From Eledone cirrhosa (lineage: Eukaryota): a DNA stretch of 64,000 nt. Where the stretch lies: contig OZ024755.1 in the NCBI GenBank assembly GCA_964016885.1, positions 18,290,001 through 18,354,000 of the forward strand, written 5' to 3'. Below are positions 51,878-61,264 of the stretch, in pieces; the stretch's first letter is position 1, and each line of letters opens with the position of its first letter. A model generated the notes under the pieces. That model ran no database searches and had not been told where the DNA came from. It worked only from the letters and a program-made list of their open reading frames with translations. The position numbers were made by a program, and so were the translations under genes.

Positions 51878-53179
51878 ATGCACATATACATACACACATA
51901 CACACACCTACATATATGCATATGCACATAGACACATGCCCATCATGCGCATATAATATTAATTAAATGCACCTTAACATGCTCATACATATAAACATTT
52001 AGGAACATAGTAAATGTATATCACTGAAGTAATGTTGTTACAGCTGGATGTCCTCCCTGCTTCCAAAGGTGGAACATGTTGTTAGTTAAGTAGACTGAGC
52101 TAACCAAAATAATATACCTTTATCTAGACTCCCTACTTCCAAAGATGGAACTTGTCAGGTAAGGAGACACAGGTAAGCAGAATATAATGTTAATGGGGTT
52201 GTAGTCACATAAAATAGAAATATAGGAGTATCTGGTTATTAATCTAGTAAGTTTCTCCCGCAGTTACTCAAATCCATCCTTCTGGCCACCTGTTTATGTC
52301 CATATCTCTTCATCTTTCCTTATATCTGTCCGTCTGTCTGTCTGTCCCCTAAATCTGTCTGTATGTACCTATATGTACATATGTTTTAACCCTTTAGCAT
52401 TTACATTACTTTACATTTACTATTGTATTTTCATGGTAAAGGCTTTACCTTACACAATTATCTCACATAATATCGAATCTATGACATTTTGATATTATTT
52501 ATTTTGAGATCAATACCTAAACATCAGTACGAGTGACTGGTTATAACCAGTTTGAACAGAAAGAGGCGAGAGAATTCTGGCCAGATATGGCCGGTTTAAA
52601 TGCTAAAGAGTTAAATACTAAATCTTTAGGTTAGAGTTATTAAGACAATGGTTGATGGGATGAACTATTGTAAAACTAACCTTATTAAAATGAAAACTAA
52701 AGTGAAGCTAGTTATAATCTCTAAGGAAGCAGTTGATTGTGCTAAGGAAACAAAGTCATGGAACTTATTGACTACAGGAAATAGAATAAAAAAAAACAGA
52801 AGCTCCTTATATCTTATACTCAAAGAAAGAATAATGATGTAATTATGGAGAGAGAGAGAGAGATACAGAGAGACAAAATGACAGACATTGGAAAGAGTAG
52901 CATAAACATTAGACAAATAGACTACAGAGCTTAAAGAGAAAAGAGAGATTGATCAAGAGATAAGAGAGAAACCTGAATGGAAAAGTAAAGTATACTTACT
53001 CTGACAAAATTTGCAGGGAACCATCCATCTTTATCTTCAAGAATTCCCCACCACCAGTCTTTATCTATCATGTCTGTTACTTTGATGACCTCACCAGCAC
53101 GGAAGGCAAGCTCATCTGGGTCCATTGTAACGTGGTCCCATAAGGCTTCAGCATATGTGAGACTCTCCGTCTCAAATAT
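10592..53179 (-). CDS. ARHGEF4/ARHGEF9-like: SH3-DH-PH Rho guanine nucleotide exchange factor, ARHGEF4/ARHGEF9/SPATA13 family; 10 coding exons in window, N-terminus not found
   Basis: Exons 53000-53179, 47750-47938, 45040-45216, 42535-42639, 39000-39257, 30376-30504, 29551-29635, 27102-27260, 26620-26700, 10592-10779 have canonical AG/GT boundaries and compatible phases, and sum to 1551 nt without internal stops. Family motifs: [30 protein letters not shown] (SH3), [26 protein letters not shown] (DH), [11 protein letters not shown] (PH). Paralogue assignment cannot be resolved by eye. Confidence 0.93.
11560..11735. repeat. Degenerate pentamer repeat (gtgac/ataac/gtgat)
   Basis: Visible 5-bp periodicity. 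Confidence 0.75.
11946..12286 (-). mobile_element. SINE family A, full length
   Basis: Near-identical to the other copies. Confidence 0.9.
15670..15960. repeat. Degenerate ~28-32-bp tandem repeat
   Basis: atatctgtgtgtgagggcatatatt units. Confidence 0.9.
16835..17100 (+). mobile_element. Older tRNA-derived SINE family C (MetaSINE-like body); relatives at 36515-37025 (-) and 41830-42055 (+)
   Basis: Shares cttgagcaa.acactt.atttcacattgctccagt with family A, then ccttgcgatagactggcgtcctg..cagaaactggataagtaccggc. Confidence 0.7.
17185..17388. repeat. 40-bp tandem repeat (5 units)
   Basis: Unit tgtgtttacacatctacacaacttcagttaaaccttgtac. Confidence 0.93.
18338..18479. repeat. Palindrome with 71-bp arms, no spacer, one mismatch
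   Basis: Symmetric about 18408/18409 (gtac|a t|gtac centre). Confidence 0.95.
18491..18754. repeat. Long inverted repeat (~125-bp arms), Penelope-like pseudo-LTR remnant candidate
   Basis: tattgaaaagataacaaggacg... versus ...cgtccttgttatcctttcaata; contains CTGATCA-GTGGC-GAAACGCG(T/C)GTC. Confidence 0.85.
19738..20084. repeat. Long inverted repeat (~160-bp arms) of the element found singly at 37478-37680
   Basis: Arms are reverse complements; (TA)n tracts lie on both sides. Confidence 0.92.
20720..20907 (-). mobile_element. SINE family B, full length (inverted relative to the copy at 21278-21460)
   Basis: Similarity to family B. Confidence 0.88.
20930..21220 (+). mobile_element. Decayed RTE LINE 3' fragment
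   Basis: [18 protein letters not shown] remnant. Confidence 0.75.
24957..25160 (-). mobile_element. RTE LINE 3' end; same family at 45636-45747 (+)
   Basis: [35 protein letters not shown] then (ATG)n. Confidence 0.85.
26620..26700 (-). CDS. RhoGEF exon after PH ([27 protein letters not shown])
   Basis: tttaatttag acceptor, AAG|GTAAAT donor, 81 nt, phase 1-1; continues the family-like 'ENGF.I' junction. Confidence 0.85.
26758..26986. mobile_element. piggyBac-like MITE (TTAA flanks, CCCTTTAGCATTT TIRs); copies at 32021-32214 (partial), 44279-44457, 48744-48972, 52386-52614, 63164-63353
   Basis: TTAA|CCCTTTAGCATTT...AAATGCT(A/G)AAGGG|TTAA with conserved internal sequence. Confidence 0.85.
27102..27260 (-). 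CDS. RhoGEF exon: PH C-terminus ([15 protein letters not shown]...[22 protein letters not shown])
   Basis: aatttttcag acceptor, ATG|GTAAGA donor, 159 nt, phase 1-1. Confidence 0.94.
27263..28497. repeat. 33-bp minisatellite (~37 units) with 132-bp higher-order pattern, abutting an exon acceptor
   Basis: Unit aaaaattatggacaaata(t/c)caatgaagatatcc; variants run t,t,c,c. Confidence 0.97.
29551..29635 (-). CDS. RhoGEF exon: PH ([28 protein letters not shown]); absent from the ORF track
   Basis: tttatctttgtag acceptor, GAG|GTAAGT donor, 85 nt, phase 0-1; corresponds to collybistin DLIRRDILYYKGRI. Confidence 0.92.
29769..29884. repeat. Inverted repeat (~53-bp arms); single arm also at 12737-12800
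   Basis: aggaaaaagtaagacccc..cggctattt / aaatagcc..ggggtcatactttttcct. Confidence 0.9.
30376..30504 (-). CDS. RhoGEF exon: PH start ([17 protein letters not shown]...[15 protein letters not shown])
   Basis: ctgtttcag acceptor, AAG|GTGAGA donor, 129 nt, phase 0-0. Confidence 0.95.
30511..30925. repeat. 20-bp minisatellite (~21 units) abutting an exon acceptor
   Basis: Unit (c/g)agtattattagacatataa. Confidence 0.97.
30955..31606 (+). mobile_element. Cluster of three SINE family B(-like) copies
   Basis: Three head-to-tail copies with GGGGTCGATAAAATAAAG core. Confidence 0.85.
33420..34522. repeat. 46-bp minisatellite (~24 units)
   Basis: Unit aatattctaagcccatttgtagatctaccatcacctaaacttcatt. 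Confidence 0.97.
36515..37025 (-). mobile_element. SINE family C copy with its 3' segment triplicated
   Basis: Head at ~37020; ~120-bp 3' module occurs three times (about 36515, 36640, 36750). Confidence 0.7.
37503..37540 (+). ncRNA. Minimal type I hammerhead ribozyme-like motif, U3-A8 core variant, in a Penelope-like repeat remnant (37478-37680)
   Basis: CCTT-TTGAAAA-GCAG(AAGAA)CTGC-GAAA-CCGG-TA-AAGG: stem I, core, stem II, palindromic stem III ACCGGT, GUA triplet. Confidence 0.65.
38452..38749. repeat. 18-bp minisatellite (~16 units)
   Basis: Unit acccactccgatgtcttg. Confidence 0.95.
39000..39257 (-). CDS. RhoGEF exon: DH C-terminus (GCRLLQ...[13 protein letters not shown]...[25 protein letters not shown])
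   Basis: atcttccag acceptor, GAG|GTAAGC donor, 258 nt, phase 0-0. Confidence 0.96.
39824..40121 (-). mobile_element. SINE family A, 5' truncated
   Basis: Similarity to family A. Confidence 0.9.
42270..43263 (+). mobile_element. Two RTE 3'-UTR-derived non-autonomous elements (42270-42523, 42995-43263) flanking the 42535-42639 exon; relative at 24372-24705
   Basis: Repeated aaaagcacccagcacacactgtaaa module and CCATGCTAG..GGACGTTAAA(ATG)n tail matching the 3' UTR of the LINE at 56690-56928. Confidence 0.75.
42535..42639 (-). CDS. RhoGEF exon: DH ([18 protein letters not shown]...YRHFFE)
   Basis: tgtatttcag acceptor, GAG|GTAAGC donor, 105 nt, phase 0-0. Confidence 0.95.
44477..44743 (+). mobile_element. 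SINE family A, 5' truncated
   Basis: Similarity to family A, (ATG)n tail. Confidence 0.9.
45040..45216 (-). CDS. RhoGEF exon: DH ([13 protein letters not shown]...IFGNLEDIY...VGHCFIEH)
   Basis: actttttag acceptor, CAT|GTAAGT donor, 177 nt, phase 0-0. Confidence 0.95.
46121..46378 (-). mobile_element. SINE family A, 5' truncated
   Basis: Similarity to family A. Confidence 0.9.
46810..46999 (-). mobile_element. SINE family B, full length
   Basis: Similarity to family B. Confidence 0.88.
47040..47650 (+). mobile_element. Decayed RTE LINE 3' fragment
   Basis: [29 protein letters not shown]; (ATG)n tail. Confidence 0.85.
47750..47938 (-). CDS. RhoGEF exon: SH3-DH linker and DH start (LRANQ...[25 protein letters not shown])
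   Basis: cttttgttttag acceptor, CAA|GTAAGT donor, 189 nt, phase 0-0. Confidence 0.95.
48744..48972. mobile_element. piggyBac-like TTAA MITE
   Basis: Perfect 13-bp TIRs and TTAA on both sides. Confidence 0.88.
49460..49898. repeat. (ATCT)n / atccaccactt compound repeat
   Basis: Direct reading. Confidence 0.92.
50114..50460 (+). mobile_element. SINE family A, full length
   Basis: A box TGGCTTAGTGG, B box GAGTTCAATTCT, tail GGACGTAAAATGA..ATGATG. Confidence 0.92.
50990..51370 (+). mobile_element. SINE family B dimer
   Basis: Two tandem copies. Confidence 0.85.
52386..52614. mobile_element. piggyBac-like TTAA MITE, opposite orientation
   Basis: TIRs and TTAA flanks. Confidence 0.86.
53000..53179 (-). 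CDS. RhoGEF exon: SH3 domain ([31 protein letters not shown]...GWFPANFVR)
   Basis: ttttatttcattttag acceptor, AGA|GTAAGT donor, 180 nt, phase 0-0. Confidence 0.95.
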
Positions 53180-53489
53180 CTAAAATGAAATAAAAAAAGG
53201 TTCTAATTAGTTTAAGCCATATGGTTTACAGTTTATTCAAAAATCAAACTTACCCAACACTGAAGTATAAAATATATTTTATTATTTCAGAAGGAAGGAT
53301 TGTTACATTTAACTCATGTGTACACAGGGCTGGACTTTCCCCTACCAAAGCCCTAAGCTATATGAAATTTGAGGCCCTTCTCTAAAAAAGATTTTGGTAA
53401 AAATTTTTTTAAGAATTATACATTATTTTTTATATTAATGTTAATGGTAAAAAATAAAAACTAATGATAAAATAAAAATATATTTATAA

Positions 53490-53705
53490 AAATGAGGCCC
53501 CAGAGGGTGTGTGGCCCTTAGCTATAGCTTATTTAGCCTACAGGTAACTCCAGCTCTGGCTACGATCAGGCTTCCAAGAGTGTGTGGCCTTAAGCTATAA
53601 CTTATTTAGCTTATAGGTAAGTCTAGCACTGGCTACGCTGAGGTCCTTGATGGTATGTGGCCCTAAGCTCTAGATTATTTAGCTTATAGGTAAATCTAGC
53701 ACTCA
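53490..53705. repeat. ~70-bp degenerate tandem repeat (3 units)
   Basis: gtgtggccct.aagctata..ttatttagc.tataggtaa units. Confidence 0.75.
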
Positions 53706-54500
53706 TATGTAATAGTCTCATATATGACTGCTGTGTAATCATATTTGCATGAATATAGTTTTGGTCATTACTAAACAGAATAATAAGAAAATGGTAACAG
53801 TCGTGCTTTTGCGACTGCAGTGTGGTCAGGTAAAGTGGTAACACTAATACTACTGAAAAACAACATTACCAAAGTAACCAGATACCACTGAAAACTATTT
53901 TTATGGCATTTCCAATATTTTATAGATATTTGTTTTTGTTTTGTTCTGGTTTTTTTTTTTGTGTGTTAATCTTTGCTGTTGTTTTTTTCATATCTTTTTA
54001 ATTATATATTTGATATGAAACGAAAAAAATTTCTTAAATTTTTCCCATAACATATGTATCACAGTTTGAACTCTGTATAGAAATGAGTGGTTATCGCATG
54101 AACTTGACAAGTTGTGCTACTTCTCTGTGACAATCAAGTATACTTGTAGCTATATTTTGATATTTCCTTATCACACATTTTTCAGCAGACTCCATACCAG
54201 CAAACCTATTGAACTGTATAGATAGCGTGGCACCGAATGAAACGCGTTGAACATAAACAAACTGATTTATCTAAGTAGGTCTAAATTATAAAATTGGCAA
54301 CAAGACAACATGAAATGGTCAATATATATATATGTGTTTTGCAAGGTTTTCAATTTGAAAATCAAAACAAACAGTGAGTGTGTTTTACTATTGCTGGTAA
54401 TATTATGACATGACCCTCTCCAAATATAATATATATATATATATATATACACACATATTTACATACATTATATATATATATATATATATAATGTATGTAA

Positions 54501-54538
<38 letters not shown>

Positions 54539-54546
54539 TTACATAC

Positions 54547-54588
<42 letters not shown>

Positions 54589-54596
54589 GTATGTAA

Positions 54597-54634
<38 letters not shown>

Positions 54635-54642
54635 TTACATAC

Positions 54643-54691
<49 letters not shown>

Positions 54692-54814
54692 TTACATACA
54701 TTATGCCGAGGTTAACTTTGCCTTTCATCCATACGGGGTCGATAAAATAAAGTACCAGTAATGCACTGGGTTATTGGTGGCCTTGTGCCAAAAGTAGAAA
54801 CAATTATATATATA

Positions 54815-55092
54815 TCATCATCATCATCATCATCATTTTACGTCCACTTTTCCCTGCTTGCAAGGGTGGGACGGGAACTGATTCTGGCTTGATTTCTACA
54901 GCTGGATGCCCTTCCTAACACCAACCTCATTTACAGTGAGTGCTGGGTGCTTTTTTGCCGTGGCACCTCCAAGACCACTTTGCAATGGAATGATAGGGAC
55001 CGCAGTCCCTATCATCTCATTTCTACAGCTGAGTAAACTGGAGCAATGTGAAATAAAGTGTCTTGCTCAAGGAAACAACACATCACCCAGTC
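54815..55092 (-). mobile_element. SINE family A, 5' truncated
   Basis: Similarity to family A. Confidence 0.9.
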
Positions 55093-55103
55093 TAAGCCAT
55101 ATG

Positions 55104-55163
<60 letters not shown>

Positions 55164-55169
<6 letters not shown>

Positions 55170-56928
55170 GTAATAGCGCAACTAATCAGAGAGCGAAATG
55201 ATCTAGACGAAATGCAGTTCGGGTTTGTGTCAGGTAAAAGTACAACAGATGCTCTCTTCATTGTACGACAACTACAGGAGAAGTACCTAGCTAAAAGTAA
55301 ACCCCTATACTTAGCCTTTGTTGACTTGGAGAAAGCCTTTGACAGAGTACCCCGCTCGATTATCTGGTGGGCCCTTAGAAAACTAGGTGTTGATGAATGG
55401 CTTGTGAGAGCTATACAAGCCATGTATAAAGAAACAGTCAGCAAGGTTAGAATTAACAACGAATATAGTGAATAGTTTAGCGTAAAAGTTGGTGTTCATC
55501 AGGGCTCCGTCCTTAGCCCCCTACTATTTATTATTGCCCTTCAGGCTATAACAGAGGAGTTCAAGACCGGCTGCCCATGGGAACTCCTATATGCAGATGA
55601 TCTGACGCTCATAGCTGAATCAATGGCTGAACTAGAGAAGAAATTCCAAACATCGAAGCATGGCCTAGAATCAAAAGGCCTTAAAGTTAACTTGTCTAAG
55701 ACTAAAGTTCTAGTTTGTAGGAAGGAAAATAGGGCACCGGTCCCATCTGGCAAATGGCCATGCTCAGTGTGTAGGAAAGGAGTAGGCAGAAACTCCATTT
55801 TATGTCTCAAATGCAAAGTATGGGTGCATAAAAGATGTAGTGGGATCACAGGTAAGCTAACTAAGAATATAGATTTTATATGTGGCCGGTGCTCTGGTGC
55901 AATAAGTAGCAGCAAGTGCTCACAGAATACTAGCTCATTCCATTGCACAGATGGTTCTATAGAAATAGTGGACAGCTTCTGTTACCTGGGTGACAAAATC
56001 AGCAGTGGGGGAGGGTGCTCTGAAAGTACAGTAGCTAGAGTCAGAACGGGATGGAAAAAGTTCAGAGAGCTTATACCACTATTGGCCGCTAAAGGGTTCT
56101 CTCTAAAAATGAAAGGCAGGCTGTATGATGCCTGCATACGAACAGCAATGTTACATGGCAGTGAGACCTGGGCATTGTGTGCAGAGGATATATGCAGACT
56201 GGAGAGAAACGAAGCTTGCATGCTCCGCTGGATGTGTAATAGTAATATACGTGAACGGCAAAGCATAAACAAACTAAGGGAGAAATTAGGAATAAGAGGG
56301 ATCAGATGTTGTTTACTCGAGAGACGACTACGTTGGTACGGTCACGTGATGCGCATGAAAGACGACAGCTGTATAAAAAAGTGCAGGGCAATAAAAATAG
56401 ATGGTAGCCACGGAATAGGCAGACCTAGAAAAACCTGGGACGACTTGATAAATTCCGACCTCACACACTTACACCTCTCCAAGAAAATGTCACTGGACCG
56501 AGATCTTTGGCGCTACACAGTAATAGAGAAGACCCGCCTTACTTAAGTACAAAGTGAAACCTACTACAGTCAGTAGGCACCTCTAACAAAATAAATCACC
56601 GTCCCACTACCCCCACCCCATCCACACCACCCCTTTCAATGTAAAGTTATGTTGGTACCACAACATCCAGCCTGAAACAAATGAGGTCGTGTAGGTGTCA
56701 CAACAAAAAAAACACACAGTCCACGCTGTAATGTGGCCGTGTAGGTAACACGGTAAAAACCTCCCAGTCCACACTGTAAACGTGGTTGGTGTTAGGAAGG
56801 GCATCCAGCCGTAGAAAACCCGCCAGACAGTCCTGAGCAAGACAACCAATCTTGCCTCAAGTGGGACAATTCCCGTCCAGACCCATGCTAGCGTGGAAAA
56901 TGGACGTTAAACGATGATGATGATGATG
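55164..56928 (+). mobile_element. 5'-truncated RTE-clade LINE: RT domain, PHD-like Cys/His finger, 3' UTR, (ATG)n tail; one in-frame stop
   Basis: MQFGF..FVDLEKAFDRV..[TAG 55473-55475]..GVHQGSVLSPLLF..LLYADDL; ORFs 55212-55475 and 55623-56546 are in the same frame; [18 protein letters not shown]; tail GGACGTTAAACGATGATG. Confidence 0.93.
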
Positions 56929-57116
56929 TGTAAGACGTAACGTTTAGATATAAAAACAAAACAAAAAAAAGGAACACATTACCAACCCCTTGTATGTGTT
57001 GATTTACATATATACACAAATTAACTATGTACACAATATGGCTTTTAGATTTTATCATATTTATTTACATCCATCCATCTTTGTGTTTATATGTGCATGG
57101 AGGATATTTTGAAAAA

Positions 57117-57161
<45 letters not shown>

Positions 57162-59079
57162 TAAATATATATGTGAATGTGAATTTCGGACATCTGAAGA
57201 TATACGGTATGTTTAATAAATAAAATGGAAGCTAAATTATATATATGTATATATATTATACAGACCCCTCTATTTACTTTCTTAACTGTTTATGTCACAC
57301 GCCTTTTCCATGAAAATACATGAAAGACCAACATTCAACATATCTACTGGACCTACATTTCAAAATATATGGTACACTGTAAATGTTGTATGTAAAATTG
57401 AGGTGCAATTTATTTAATTATATACAAATAAAAAAAAAAATAAAAAAAATCTAAACATTTTCTTCTTCACACATAATAAACAATGAAATAGAAATTGGAA
57501 ACTGTATTCAATAAAAAGATTTTGATAGGGTTAAAACAGAAGAAATGGTTAAAAATAAGACAGAATCAAAATGGTCTTCTAGAATATATAGGAAAAATGT
57601 AGAGAAAAACCACTCCATGGCCAATACACAACAGAAGCACTACACACACTCCATGGAATCACTGGCCACACTCTACAGAAGCACCCCCCCCCCCCCCCCC
57701 CCCACACCCCACAGAAACACCACCCACTCTCCACAAAACCTCCCCCCACTCCACAGAGGCACCACCTCTCTCCATAGAAACATCCCACACTCCACACTAG
57801 CTCCCCCCCCTCCATACACACTCTACAGAACCCCCCCCCCCCACACTCTCCACAGTGACACCCCCCCCCCCCCACCCCACCCACCCACACACACACACTC
57901 CACAGAGCCCCACCAAACAATATAAAAACAATACATAGCCTACTCAATCAATATGTAATAAAATGACTCGAAACCTACTCTTAGATAATCAATACCTGAC
58001 CGAATAACACGAACAACACACACTCCACAGTCCAGTACTGGGGTTGATTTAATTGACCAACTCCTTTCCTCTAAATATGTATTATTGTGTCTATCTTTGA
58101 AACCACATTCATCACTGTTTTATGTCTTTTTTTCAAACAGGAATGGGTTGGATGGGTTGTTATATTCTAAGGTTTGACAGGCCAGATGACCACACCAAAA
58201 CCTATTATTATTATTTTTTAGTACTGTTATTAAAAAATTGTATTGCCTGCTTTCATTGTGCTACTGAGCACAGCTCTGTCGGCCTTGGTTACATGCAAAT
58301 ATTTTGTTTCAATTTTTTTTTTATTATCTGTTGTATTAAAAGTACTCTATGTAATATATGTACAGTGCCTAGTAGTACTAATTATTGGTATTTTCTAAGT
58401 CTTTTGGTTTTTGTATTTGTCTGCATGTTTTTTTTAATCATTCCTAAAGCCCCTATTATTATAGGGATTGTTTGTCTTCAATTATTTAATTAATTAACTT
58501 CATAAATTGATACATGTTTTACAGTTCTAATTCGATTGCCAACAAATCATTACTTATGTTAAAAAAATATCTGAAAGCTACTTCATAAGTTTATGCTATA
58601 GACAAATAATTTGTTGACATATCATGTTTCAGTTTGTTAAGAGTAAACATAAAGTGCTGTACACACAGATTAGGCTGATTTCATAACTTTCACAGCCAGA
58701 TCAAAAATATTTGCAATAGTGTAAGCACTAAAGAACCAGATATTGGTTTTATGTCAACTGCCTTGGTTCAGTGCAGAGGAAATAACCATAAGAACTGGGT
58801 TATACAAGATTATTGCAAGTTGAAACATAATTAGTAACATAGCAACTTGTGTTATGTACTAAAAGAAACCATACAAAGAATGATAAAACAGTTAGATGTG
58901 GACCAACATAGAAACATGATCATACATGAGTAAATTAATACAAGCTAAAATATGACAACAAATAATACCTTTATTAGGAATTCTAAAATAAACCAACTCC
59001 ACTTAAATAAAATTTACTGTTCATCAACTTTATCAGCAATGTTGCTGGATTGTGGTCTTTATAAATTGATATGTTCTCT

Positions 59080-59282
59080 CCAGCTATCCCTTTCCAAATT
59101 ATCCCCCTCTATTAATCCCTTTCCAAAGTATCCCCCAGCATCAATCCCAGTCCAAACTATCCCCCAGCATCAATCCCAGTCCAAACTATCCCCCAGCATT
59201 AATCCCTGTCCAAACTATCCCCCTGTATCAATCCCTTTCCAAAGTATCCTCCAGCATAAATCCCTTTCCAATGTATCTCCCT
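59080..59282. repeat. Degenerate ~33-bp tandem repeat
   Basis: atcccccagcatcaatcccagtccaaact units. Confidence 0.8.
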
Positions 59283-59708
59283 TTGGAGTTAAGAAGGGCA
59301 TGCAGCTGTGGAAATCAAGCCAGAAACAGTTCTGTATGAGCAAGACACGGTCATCCAATCTGACATGTCTCACAACAGGACAACTCATCTAACCCATGCT
59401 TGAATGGAAAATTGTTTTATTTGTCTTCCTTTTCCCTTTATATATTTCTACCACATTGTACTGGATTTCTGAAACTTAGTCATTTATTAAATCATAATAA
59501 TTGTTTCTATTTTAGGCACAAGGCCAGCAATTACACAGTACATTACTGGTACTTTATTTTATCGACCCCGTAAGGATGAAAGGCAAAATTAATCTCGGCA
59601 GGATTTGAACTCAGAAATAATGGTTTCTAATTTACACACAAGGCCAGCAATTTAGGATGAGGGGGATGTCAATTGTATTGATCTCCAGCATTTGACTGGT
59701 AATGTATA

Positions 59709-60207
59709 CAGTTGTGCCCTGGTATTCATGGCGGTTATGTTCCTAGAACACCCACGAAGAATGAAAAACCTCGAATATTGGATGTGGTCCATAAAAATGC
59801 CTATAAACGTCAAAATATAATGTAAAATATAATAAAAAAAAAAGTGGGAGGATCTTTTGCGAAGGGCCATCCAATAGGCCAGCAAATATGGATATTGTTA
59901 TTAAGAAATTAGTATAAAAAAAATATATATTGTCATGAAAAAGGCCATTAAAAAAATATATATTGTCATGAAAAAAAAAGCCATTAAAAACATATATATA
60001 TTGTCATGAAAAAAAAAGGCATTAAAAATATATATATTGTCATGAAAAAAAAAAGCCATTAAAAAAACATTGTCATGAAAAAAGCCATTAAAAAAATCGT
60101 GGAAGATATTTACGATACCGATGGTTTTCACGAACAATTATTAGTTAGGTCTCGGGAGGGAAAATTCCGCAAATAACCGGGGCTGCAAATGTCGGAGGGG
60201 TACACTG
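59709..60207. mobile_element. Tc1/mariner-pogo-type non-autonomous DNA element nested in a SINE B-like copy
   Basis: TA|CAGTTGTGCCCT...AGGGGTACACTG|TA imperfect TIRs; flanks rejoin to a SINE B-like sequence; internal ~39-bp tandem repeat at 59915-60095. Confidence 0.65.
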
Positions 60208-60339
60208 TATTATTAACCCTCGAAAGACAAAGCCGACATTGGTGGGATTTGAAATCAGAATTCAAAGAGCTGCAACAAATACTGCAAGCTATTTTTTCTG
60301 CCACTCTAACAACTCTGCACATCCACCATCCTATAACAC

Positions 60340-61130
60340 AATTGTTTCTACTTTAGGCACAAGGCCAGCAAATATCCCAGTACATTACTGGTACTTTATT
60401 TTATCGACCCCGTAAGGATGAAAGGCAAAGTTAACCTCGGCGGGATTTGAACTCAGATCGTAAAGGGCCGTAACTCTTTGCTTCAAAGCACATGGCGTCC
60501 GACCCTCTACCGATACTGCCAATCCACCGCTAACTAATAATTGTTTCTACTTTAGGCACAAGGCCAGCAAATATCCCAGTGCATTACTGGTACTTTATTT
60601 TATCGACCCCGTAAGGATGAAAGGCAAAGTTAACCTCGGCGGGATTTGAACTCAGATCGTAAAGGGCCGTAACTCTTTGCTTCAAAAGCACATGGCGTCC
60701 GACCCTCTACCGATACTGCCAATCCACCGCTAACTAATAATTGTTTCTACTTTAGGCACAAGGCCAGCAAATATCCCAGTGCATTACTGGTACTTTATTT
60801 TATTGACCCCGTAAGGATGAAAGGCAAAGTTAACCTCGGCGGGATTTGAACTCAGATCGTAAAGGGCCGTAACTCTTTGCTTCAAAGCACATGGCGTCCG
60901 ACCCTCTACCGATACTGCCAATCCACCGCTAACTAATAATTGTTTCTACTTTAGGCACAAGGCCAGCAAATATCCCAGTACATTACTGGTACTTTATTTT
61001 ATCGACCCCGTAAGGATGAAAGGCAAAGTTAACCTCGGCGGGATTTGAACTCAGATCGTAAAGGGCCGTAACTCTTTGCTTCAAAGCGCATGGCGTCCGA
61101 CCCTCTACCGATACTGCCAACCCACCACCC
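60340..61130 (-). repeat. Tandem array of four near-identical SINE B units (period 199-200 bp)
   Basis: Unit starts at ~60341, 60540, 60740, 60939. Confidence 0.92.
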
Positions 61131-61264
61131 TTCCTATAATATAATAACTGCAGCACTGCAACATTTTATAGAAACACAATGAAGACTATTCACATTTATG
61201 TTGTGTGGGAAACCAGACTACAAGGAAGCATGTTGAAAGATAACCCAACCAATATAGCTAAGGG

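Noticed and set aside
51601-51966. YI/HT-rich ORFs (also 72-332, 54403-54750, 61950-62524)
   Set aside because: (TA)n/(CA)n microsatellite translations.
54906-55166. Recurrent ORFs containing [24 protein letters not shown]
   Set aside because: Antisense translation of SINE A, not a gene family.
55473-55475. Single TAG in the LINE RT as an A-to-I-recodable or read-through stop
   Set aside because: The element is 5' truncated and antisense to the host gene; an ordinary nonsense mutation is the simpler explanation.
57545-57947. Pro-rich and Gly-rich ORFs
   Set aside because: Low-complexity poly-C/CA tract with no splice or homology support.
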